A stretch of DNA of 64,000 nucleotides, taken from assembly GCA_964549445.1 (NCBI GenBank), contig CAZJVS010000001.1, forward strand, positions 5,372 through 69,371. Reading direction: 5' to 3'. A model generated the notes under the pieces. That model saw only the letters and a list, made by a program, of their open reading frames with translations, made no database searches and was not told the origin of the DNA. Within the stretch, counting starts at the first letter, position 1. Every line of letters begins with the position of its first letter. The position numbers and the translations under genes are program-made. Below are positions 1 through 6,891 of this stretch, in pieces. The DNA is from an uncultured Planctomycetaceae bacterium. GTDB lineage: Bacteria; Planctomycetota; Phycisphaerae; UBA1845; UTPLA1.

Positions 1-1732
1 CGGTGTTGGTGTATTCGAAGCCGGGTTTTCCGTCGCCGAGGACGCGGCGGGCGATTTCGCGGAGGGCTTGCCAGGATTCGGGGAGGTCGGCGCAGCGCGG
101 CGCGATCGAGGGGCCGAAGGCGCGGATGGTGCGGTCGGTCGACGTCGTGGTGAAGACGTGGTCCCACTCGTACCAGTTGCGGACGGGGAGGATGAGCAAG
201 GCGTCGCCAGGCTCGACGAGGGCTTCGTGGTTCATCATGACGTCGAAGCGGATGCGGAAGGGGATGCGCTCGAGCGTTTCGCGGACGAAGGGGCGGTCGG
301 GCATGGTGTCGAGGAGGTTGCCGCCGAGGGAGACGAGGAGCTTGATGTCGCCGCGGTGGGCGGCTTCGAGCATGTGGCCGGTGGGGAGGCCGGGCGTGGC
401 CGGAACAGGTGCGCCCCAGGCGTTGCTGAGGCGGGCGGCGGAATCGGCGGTGATGGCATCGCCGCCGGGGAAGATGTTGGGGGCGACGCCACATTCGCCG
501 GCGGATTGGACGGAGCTTTGGCCGCGGAGCGGGGCGACGCCTGCGCCCGGGCGGCCGAACTGGCCGAGGGCGAGGGCGAGATTCACGATCGATTGGACGT
601 TTTCGGTGCCGGTGGCATGCTGGGTGAGGCCCATGCCCCAGGCGAAGGTCGCGTTCTGGCATTCGGCGAGGCGGGCGGCGACTTCGAGCATTTGCTCGCG
701 GGTTGCGCCGGATTGATGCGCGAGGTCGACGAAAGATTGCGTGCGGAGTTCGGCGGTGAGGGCGTCGAAGCCGGTTGTTTGCTCGGCGATGAAGCGGCGG
801 TGGTGGGCGGCGAGGAGGTTGTCTTCGATGAGGCACTTGAGGACGCCGTTGAAGAAGGCGACGTCGCCGCCGACGCGGACGCGGATGAAGAGGTCGCAGA
901 TCTTTGTGCCGAAGAGGGCGCTGGCGGGGGACGAGGGGACCCAGTAGCGATCGAGGCCGGGCTCGCGGTATGGGTTGACGACGATGACGAAGGGTTTGCC
1001 ATCGCGGGTGCGCTTGGCGCGGTCGATGTAGCGCATGATGAGCGGCTGGTTGTTGGCGAGGTTGGTGCCGGCGAGGACGAGGACGTCGGCGTGGATGAAG
1101 TCGGAGAGCGAGCCGGAGGCGGCGCCGACGCCGAGCGTTGATTTCAGCGCGGAGACGCTAGCGGCGTGGCACTGGCGGGCGCAACTGTCGAGGTTGTTGG
1201 TCTTGCCGACGACGCGAGCGAATTGCTGGAAGGAGAAATACTCCTCGTTGTTGATGGCCTTGCTGGTGGTGAAGTAGCCGGAGGCGTCGCCGCGGTGTTT
1301 TGTGATCCAGTGCGCGGCGAGATCGTAGGCCTCCGTCGGTGAAAGCGTTGAGAAGCCACGATCGCCGCGGCGGCGGATGAGCGGGGCGGGGATGCGGCCG
1401 AGGGATTCGATTTCGGCATTTGGAAGCGACTGGAGCGCGGCGACGTCGGCAAAGCGGGCGGGGTCGAAGGGCGGGCGGAGGGCTTCTTCGATGAGGCCGA
1501 GGCGGGTTAGGCAGAAATGGGGGCTTTCGGGCATGACGTTGTCGCGGAGGCCGTCGGTCTGGACGGCGCAGCCGTTGCAGGGGCCGTTGAGGACGCGCCA
1601 GGCGTCGGGGAGCTGGGTGATGTTCTGGCCGATGACGCGGAGCATGGAGCGGAAGTGGCGGGGTTTGCGCGGATTGAGCAGCCCGAAGGGGACGAAGTTG
1701 CGGAGCGACTGCGATTCGTCGGCGTGATTCAT
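1..1732 (-). CDS. FdhF/YdeP-family molybdopterin oxidoreductase (5' part only; the 3' end runs off the left edge)
   Basis: Absent from the ORF track because there is no stop in the window. My translation of the minus strand from ATG 1732-1730 reads MNHADESQSLRNFVPFGLLNPRKPRHF..NGPCNGCAVQTDGLRD..YFTTSKAINNEEYFSFQQFARVVGKTNNLDSCARQCHAASVSALKSTLGVGAASGSL..ADVLVLAGTNLANNQP..VVNPYREPGL..VRVGGDVAFFNGVLK. This is colinear with E. coli YdeP motifs (FYTSGRTSNEA, DCSNMCHEPTS, GHNPGTNHP, INPLQERGL, VRIGGDMALLKG). Its start overlaps the mobA stop in an ATGA. Confidence 0.8.
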   Translation of the reverse strand, partial: MNHADESQSLRNFVPFGLLNPRKPRHFRSMLRVIGQNITQLPDAWRVLNGPCNGCAVQTDGLRDNVMPESPHFCLTRLGLIEEALRPPFDPARFADVAALQSLPNAEIESLGRIPAPLIRRRGDRGFSTLSPTEAYDLAAHWITKHRGDASGYFTTSKAINNEEYFSFQQFARVVGKTNNLDSCARQCHAASVSALKSTLGVGAASGSLSDFIHADVLVLAGTNLANNQPLIMRYIDRAKRTRDGKPFVIVVNPYREPGLDRYWVPSSPASALFGTKICDLFIRVRVGGDVAFFNGVLKCLIEDNLLAAHHRRFIAEQTTGFDALTAELRTQSFVDLAHQSGATREQMLEVAARLAECQNATFAWGMGLTQHATGTENVQSIVNLALALGQFGRPGAGVAPLRGQSSVQSAGECGVAPNIFPGGDAITADSAARLSNAWGAPVPATPGLPTGHMLEAAHRGDIKLLVSLGGNLLDTMPDRPFVRETLERIPFRIRFDVMMNHEALVEPGDALLILPVRNWYEWDHVFTTTSTDRTIRAFGPSIAPRCADLPESWQALREIARRVLGDGKPGFEYTNT

Positions 1733-2316
1733 TTGGGCACGTCGCCCAAGTTAACGCAGTCGGCGGGGGTGTTGAGGTTCATGAGCGCGCTTGCGTTGGC
1801 GGGGTCGAGGTAAATCGTGTGTGTGCGGAGCGCGGCGAGGAGGGGCTGGATGGCGTATTGGCGATCGGCGATGCGGGTCGAGACGACCGCTGCCGCCGAC
1901 GGCATGTAGAGTGCGCAACAGGGATGCAAGCCGTCGGGTGGCGCGGCGGTGGCGAATGCAACGGCGTCGAAGTCGCAGTGTGCGGCGTCGACGAGGCGGC
2001 TGAGGAGATCGGGCGTGAGGCGCGGCATGTCGCAGGCGAGGAGAAGAGCTGGGTCGCGACCGGCGGCGGCGAGGAGCGAGGCGAGGCCGGCGATGGGTCC
2101 GATGTCAGGCGGCGAGTCGGAGATGAGCGGGAGCGCGTGCAGCGCGGGTGGCAAGTCGAACGGCGGCGCGCCGAGCAGGATCACGCGGTCGGAGAATTGC
2201 GCGACGAGACCGACCGTGCGCTCGATGAGCGATTGGCCGGCAACTTCAATGAGGGCTTTGGGGCGGCCCATACGCCGGCTGAGGCCGCCGATCAGGATTC
2301 CCGCGGTGAGCTGCAC
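1729..2316 (-). CDS. mobA: Molybdenum cofactor guanylyltransferase MobA
   Basis: 195-aa ORF with a GTG start. The N-terminus AGILIGGLSRRMGRPKAL matches the MobA LAGGxSxRMG nucleotide-binding motif, and LLLACDMP matches the conserved acidic motif. It sits directly upstream of, and overlaps, a molybdoenzyme gene. Confidence 0.85.
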   Translation of the reverse strand: MQLTAGILIGGLSRRMGRPKALIEVAGQSLIERTVGLVAQFSDRVILLGAPPFDLPPALHALPLISDSPPDIGPIAGLASLLAAAGRDPALLLACDMPRLTPDLLSRLVDAAHCDFDAVAFATAAPPDGLHPCCALYMPSAAAVVSTRIADRQYAIQPLLAALRTHTIYLDPANASALMNLNTPADCVNLGDVPK

Positions 2317-2376
2317 GGGGTTTAATGTAGGGCGCGAACGCGGTTGGATACAATTGGTGCGAAAGGAGAATGAGCG

Positions 2377-2622
2377 ATGAAGCAGGTGCGGGCGAACTGG
2401 ATGCTTATTGTCGGGTTGGCGGTGGGTACTGTCGTTGGCCTGGGCGCGGGGTCGCTGCTGAGCGGACGGGAGGCGTTGGCGCAGGGTGGGGCTGGCGGAA
2501 AGCCGGTGGGCATCGCGATCTTCAAAGACACGAGCGATATCAACGCGCGGCCACAGGCGTACATCCTCTACGACTCCGGTAAGGTCGAACGCAAGCCGCT
2601 TGCGTCACTTGGCGGCGGATGA
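2377..2622 (+). CDS. Small secreted/membrane-anchored hypothetical protein (81 aa)
   Basis: ATG at 2377 lies 8 nt after an AGGAG SD (2364-2368). It has an N-terminal hydrophobic signal or anchor (WMLIVGLAVGTVVGLGAGSLL). No family recognised. Confidence 0.5.
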   Translation: MKQVRANWMLIVGLAVGTVVGLGAGSLLSGREALAQGGAGGKPVGIAIFKDTSDINARPQAYILYDSGKVERKPLASLGGG

Positions 2623-2681
2623 GCAGCGAGCCCGCGGCTTGGATTCGCTGAATTGGCGATCAGAGTGTGGGCGGCTGCAAG

Positions 2682-2706
2682 AAAAAAAGGCCCGCCTGAG
2701 CGGGCC
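2682..2706 (-). terminator. Rho-independent terminator downstream of tRNA-Pro
   Basis: Stem GGCCCGC (2689-2695) pairs with GCGGGCC (2700-2706) around a 4-nt loop. On the minus strand it is followed by a T7 run (2682-2688). It lies 3 nt after the tRNA 3' end. Confidence 0.6.
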
Positions 2707-2709
2707 GAA

Positions 2710-2784
2710 TCGGGGCGACTGGATTCGAACCAGCGACCTTCTGCACCCCATGCAGACGCGCTAACCGGACTGCGCCACGCCCCG
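2710..2784 (-). tRNA. tRNA-Pro (anticodon GGG)
   Basis: The reverse complement folds as a cloverleaf: CGGGGCG TG GCGC AGTCCGGTTA GCGC G TCTGC ATGGGGT GCAGA AGGTC GCTGG TTCGAAT CCAGT CGCCCCG A. There is a 7-bp acceptor stem, a TTCGAAT T-loop and anticodon loop A-T-GGG-G-T. CCA is not encoded. Confidence 0.9.
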
Positions 2785-2796
2785 GGATTCCCACCT

Positions 2797-2825
2797 ATTA
2801 GGCACGCGACGTGATAGAGTGTCAA
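2797..2825 (-). promoter_or_regulatory. Candidate sigma70-type promoter for tRNA-Pro
   Basis: On the minus strand: TTGACA (2825-2820), a 17-nt spacer, then CCTAAT (2802-2797). This sits about 12 nt upstream of the mature tRNA 5' end. The -10 element is weak. Confidence 0.3.
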
Positions 2826-2875
2826 ATGGCATTCCAGCGTGCCGTGCGGCCGCTCATTGCCGAGTCAGGCCATCT

Positions 2876-3568
2876 CTAGGGACAGGGCTGTGAGGACGCG
2901 AATTCGGGGAACCCCGCCGCTTTGGCAGCGCATTGCATCGAGTGCAACCAAGAATAGTCGATATCATCGACCATTTGTGTCGTCGGAAACTGGTTTTCCT
3001 CAATGACCACGCACCGGTCTGGTTGCGTTGATGTGTAGGCGTTTCGGCCGTGAACCCAAACACGGTTTCCGACTAGCAGGTAGGCTTCGGTCCATTCATT
3101 GCCAAATGCATCCGAGTAGTTTCGCAATGCAAACGCGCAACCATCTGCGCCGGCGATGATATGTTTTGAGCGTAGCCAAGCCATTCCGAGCGGGTAGGGT
3201 CCAATTTTACTGCGGAGTGAGTCCCGAAATGAAATTGGCAACACGTCGGAAACGAGCACTCCTCCACTGTGCAGTGTGAGCGATCCATCCGCAGCGAAGG
3301 AGACTTTTGTCTTGTTCGCTAGCACCGCGGCATAGGTGATTTGCGTAGTCGTTGGTGTCGTTAGGCTGATTTGGAATGCGACTGCCTGTGTTGACGTAGT
3401 GGGGCCAATGGTCGCGGGCGCGGAGGTCGTCGTGAGCAATAGAAACTTTGGTCCGCCTCGCATGCCCTGCTCGCCGTGCGACCCGGCGATGGAGGGGTCC
3501 TGGCTGAAGGCGAGGCCCGCGAAGGCAACAATTGCAAAGGGTCCCGTAATCCAAATGCGCTGTAGCAT
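2876..3568 (-). CDS. Secreted protein P1, partner of kinase K1 (unknown family)
   Basis: 230-aa ORF; ATG 3568 is preceded by a GGGAGA SD. It has a signal peptide (MLQRIWITGPFAIVAFAGLAFSQD) and a Thr-rich linker. Its C-terminal module GADGCAFAL..GNRVWVHG..AAKAAGFPEF is shared with the protein at 6097-6891. Confidence 0.7.
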   Translation of the reverse strand: MLQRIWITGPFAIVAFAGLAFSQDPSIAGSHGEQGMRGGPKFLLLTTTSAPATIGPTTSTQAVAFQISLTTPTTTQITYAAVLANKTKVSFAADGSLTLHSGGVLVSDVLPISFRDSLRSKIGPYPLGMAWLRSKHIIAGADGCAFALRNYSDAFGNEWTEAYLLVGNRVWVHGRNAYTSTQPDRCVVIEENQFPTTQMVDDIDYSWLHSMQCAAKAAGFPEFASSQPCP

Positions 3569-3702
3569 GAATCATTCTCCCTGGTGAAAATCAGTGTTCA
3601 CGGTTAAACTACGGAATGAGAGGCAACGGGACGCGCGGGGATAGCCGGTCGCCATCGAGCTGGCGCCAGTCACACTAGCACCGAACACTGCGAGCAATTC
3701 TT

Positions 3703-6063
3703 TCATCGAAGTGTGCGCTTTGTCGAGTGTGACAGTTCGGCGACGCGTCGTGATCGACCAACCGTCGCAGCAAGAACTGCGGCCACGGTCGACGCGACGA
3801 GCAGTGTCATTGGGTCCAGAAGATACCGCCCATAGCGAAAAACTGTCAAGCTCAAAAGCAGAAGCAGACAAGCCGATGCGGCGGAGGCGGCAAACAATCG
3901 CCAGACCGCCTTCCAGCGCTCACCACGAGCTCTTCCTAGAAAAGCACCGACGATGGCACCAAGTAGTGAGGCAACCAATATTTGCCAAGTCAAAGCGCTC
4001 TTGAACGGGATTCGGATCGCAGAAGCACTCAGAAGTGACTCAATGCCAATTGCATGCGCGTAACATCCCGCGATCGTGCGCGCATCAGGTGACGAAAAGC
4101 GATCCGCTCCCGGTCGATCAAAGCCAACCACCACCGCGCGATCGGCGAACCAGTTTCGCAATTGAGCCACGTCGGCTCGAAATACGGCACCGTAATCTAC
4201 GGTGGCGTCATCAAGGATCGACTGAGCTGGCAAATCCAATGCGTATGTTCCGATAGCGTCGCCCGACTCGATCCCGGCTTCGGGCCATCGCCGTGACTCG
4301 ACTTGAATGGCAGTAAGTTGAAATGTGTCGAACGGTTTTTTCCATCGGCGTGAACGACTCTTTTCGTCGCCCGGTTCCCAATAGTTGAGGGTAATGGTCT
4401 GATCCGAACTATCGGGCGCAAGGCTCGCTTGCGAACCGGGCTGTCGAAACGCAGCGGCAGCTGCAAGTGCAAGCGATGGCAGAGGCTCGGACCCCGGATG
4501 CGCCACAAAGAGATCAAGCACCCACGGAGCGTCGGCATGGAGTTCGGTTGTCAGAACTCCCCAGCGGACCTTCGAAATGAGTGTTGGACTAACTTCGGGC
4601 AGTCCGTTCTCGTCGAAGCTCCAATTTGGTGCGCCAACGCAAACATCAACGTTGACCGCACGAAGCGAGTCAATTCCCCGAACGAAATCGTCATCATATT
4701 CACTTTGTTGGCGAAACATGACATCAAAAACGACTACCCGTGGGCTCGCGGCGACGAGACGCTCGAGTAGACGCCCATGCACCCGTCGCAGGCTCCGCGG
4801 ATCGTCAAGCACCACACCGGTTAGGCTTTCAGAGCTTGTGATCGCTTCGAAATCAGTTTTTTTGCTGATCGAGATCACGCGAACGTAGTTCAGGGGGGCG
4901 GGGTACTGGGGCGCTGAAGCCCACCGCGTTACAAAGCTCCAATACTTTTGCCCGAGACGGGAGCCGCCGTAGATGAACGGGGTTACAAGTTCGCGCGCGG
5001 TAAAGAACGCGAGGAGCACAATTACTCCGTACGCGGGAAGAGGATTAAATCGTACCCAGTTGCGGGTCTTCTTTCGAATGACGTAAACCGTGCTGTCGCG
5101 TTTGGCGGAGATGGGTTGGCCGGATTGGTACGCAGCGAGGTCGTACGCGATTTCGCCGGCGTTGGCGTAGCGACGATGAGGTTCCTTTTGGAGGCATTTG
5201 AGGACGATGGTTTCGAGGTCGGATTCGATCTCGCGGTGGAAGATGCTGGGGCGGGCGGGGGCGGCGTTGACGATTTGATGAATCGCGTCGGAAACGGATC
5301 CGGACACGCTGTAGGGGGGGTGGCCGGCGAGCGCGGTGTAGAAAATAACGCCGAGGCTGTAGACGTCAGTTCGGGAATCGATTCGGCTGACGTGGCCCTC
5401 GGCTTGTTCGGGGGAGGCCCAAGGGAGCGAGCCGATGAAGAGGCCGGTCTGGGTCATTTGTGACGCTTCGAAGGCGCTGCCGGGCATCTTGGCGAGGCCG
5501 AAGTCGAGGATGTATGGGACGCCACTGGTGTCGATGCGGATGTTTCCGGGTTTGAGGTCCCGGTGGACGACGCCGAGTTCGTGCGCGGATTGGACGGCTT
5601 CGCAGATGCGGCGAAAGAGTTCGACGAGATCGGGGATCGAGAGCGGGTGGGACTTCAGATAATCGTCGAGGGGCTGGCCCTCAACGAAGTCCATGACGAA
5701 GTAGTCGCAGCCGGCGGCGGAGCCGGAGTCGTGGATGGCAACGATACTCGGGTGCTTGAGGTGTGCGAGGATGCGGACTTCGCGGTCGAAGCGCGAGCGG
5801 TCCTCCGGCCCGGCGAAGGGGCCTTCCTTCATGATCTTGATGGCGACGCGGCGATGGGTGGAGCGCTGCAAGGCGAGATAGACGACGCCCTGTCCGCCGC
5901 GGTGGATTTCGCGGATGAACTCGTAGCCGGGGAGGCCGAGCGCAGGGAGTTGAGCGGGACCCGGCTGTACGGGCGAGAGAACCGTGTCATCGGAGCGCAA
6001 GATGGAGGACAGGCCGATGGAGTCGGGGCCGCCGTTGGGGGCGGAATCGCGGGCGTCGGTCAT
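3703..6063 (-). CDS. Ser/Thr protein kinase K1 with periplasmic CHASE2-like sensor (kinase-TM-CHASE2-3TM)
   Basis: 786-aa ORF. Hanks kinase motifs are GGQGVVY, VAIKIMK, HRDLKPGNI, DFGLAK and WASPEQ. A TM helix (LPAYGVIVLLAFFTA) is followed by a ~330-aa periplasmic region with CHASE2-like motifs (RVVVFDVMF, LPSLALAAAAAF, IAGCYAHAIGIESLL), then three C-terminal TM helices. Confidence 0.9.
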   Translation of the reverse strand: MTDARDSAPNGGPDSIGLSSILRSDDTVLSPVQPGPAQLPALGLPGYEFIREIHRGGQGVVYLALQRSTHRRVAIKIMKEGPFAGPEDRSRFDREVRILAHLKHPSIVAIHDSGSAAGCDYFVMDFVEGQPLDDYLKSHPLSIPDLVELFRRICEAVQSAHELGVVHRDLKPGNIRIDTSGVPYILDFGLAKMPGSAFEASQMTQTGLFIGSLPWASPEQAEGHVSRIDSRTDVYSLGVIFYTALAGHPPYSVSGSVSDAIHQIVNAAPARPSIFHREIESDLETIVLKCLQKEPHRRYANAGEIAYDLAAYQSGQPISAKRDSTVYVIRKKTRNWVRFNPLPAYGVIVLLAFFTARELVTPFIYGGSRLGQKYWSFVTRWASAPQYPAPLNYVRVISISKKTDFEAITSSESLTGVVLDDPRSLRRVHGRLLERLVAASPRVVVFDVMFRQQSEYDDDFVRGIDSLRAVNVDVCVGAPNWSFDENGLPEVSPTLISKVRWGVLTTELHADAPWVLDLFVAHPGSEPLPSLALAAAAAFRQPGSQASLAPDSSDQTITLNYWEPGDEKSRSRRWKKPFDTFQLTAIQVESRRWPEAGIESGDAIGTYALDLPAQSILDDATVDYGAVFRADVAQLRNWFADRAVVVGFDRPGADRFSSPDARTIAGCYAHAIGIESLLSASAIRIPFKSALTWQILVASLLGAIVGAFLGRARGERWKAVWRLFAASAASACLLLLLSLTVFRYGRYLLDPMTLLVASTVAAVLAATVGRSRRVAELSHSTKRTLR

Positions 6064-6096
6064 GCGCGGAAGTCCAAGGTGCTCGGCCCCGCAGAG

Positions 6097-6891
6097 TTAC
6101 CCGGGCGGGAAGCCGGCTGAGGCGGCACGGGCCTTCAGGCCCTTCAACCAAGCGCTAGCGGCAGGGTCGGATGCCAGCGACTTTTCCCTTCGGGTACGCC
6201 AGACGTCGATCTCCTGAAACTTCCCGGTGTCTGTCCAGTAGTACGGCTTCTGGTGGGCGACGATGACGAAGGCTCTTCCACCCTTGATGAAAAAGACGCG
6301 GTGGAAGCCGCACTTTTCGACTTGCACAGCGATGGCGCAACCCTCAGCGCCTGCGCCGGTTCGCGACGTGCTAACCCAGACCCAGTCGTCCTCGGTGGCG
6401 GTGTGACGATCAGTCGGCTCTTCCGCCGGCGGGTCCGTGTAGGCGTTGATCTCGGGCGCCGGATAATCGGACGGCTCGACGATCAGGTTTTCCCGCCGGC
6501 CTGCCGGAGCGGCGGAGGACGCATGACGTGCGTAGTCTGAATCGACGTAGATGGCGCCATAGTCGAGGCGAAAGGAACCGTTTTGCCGGAACCGCACGCG
6601 GGAGTTTGCGTCGATGTATGCGACATAACAGTTATCCGCTGGTCGGTACCAATACTTCCTGTCGGTTGGTTCGGACGGAAGCTTGATGCGGACCTTGAGC
6701 CCGAATCCCTTCGTTTCGACGATCGATGGGTTTCCCTTGGAGCCGGGGACCAGGACGACCTGCTCAACCGAGCCGCTCGGCAGTCCCATCGCCGGCGTTG
6801 CGCCGACGACTTGGCCATTCGGAGCGCCGCAACCTCCCAGGGTCGAGAGCATAAGCACCACGCTACCGGTCGCGAACAGTTGTCGAGTCAT
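6097..6891 (-). CDS. Lipoprotein P2, partner of kinase K2 (unknown family)
   Basis: I chose the internal ATG at 6891 of track ORF 6097..7182. It is preceded by an AAGGAG SD and overlaps the kinase K2 stop in an ATGA (6888-6891). It has a signal peptide with lipobox (MTRQLFATGSVVLMLSTLGGC). Its C-terminal module GAEGCAIAV..GGRAFVIV..ARAASAGFPPG is related to P1. Confidence 0.75.
   Translation of the reverse strand: MTRQLFATGSVVLMLSTLGGCGAPNGQVVGATPAMGLPSGSVEQVVLVPGSKGNPSIVETKGFGLKVRIKLPSEPTDRKYWYRPADNCYVAYIDANSRVRFRQNGSFRLDYGAIYVDSDYARHASSAAPAGRRENLIVEPSDYPAPEINAYTDPPAEEPTDRHTATEDDWVWVSTSRTGAGAEGCAIAVQVEKCGFHRVFFIKGGRAFVIVAHQKPYYWTDTGKFQEIDVWRTRREKSLASDPAASAWLKGLKARAASAGFPPG

Noticed and set aside
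3-1452. Several plus- and minus-strand track ORFs at the left edge (3..716, 68..1141, 583..1002 and others)
   Set aside because: The real gene here is the edge-truncated minus-strand YdeP-family CDS, which the track omits because it has no stop in the window. The listed ORFs are in other frames and are low-complexity.
2710-5100. Genomic island integrated at tRNA-Pro (and similarly near tRNA-CAT at 43901)
   Set aside because: I found no integrase, excisionase or transposase gene and no direct repeat of the tRNA 3' end. Only the compositional shift remains, and I report that separately as an observation.
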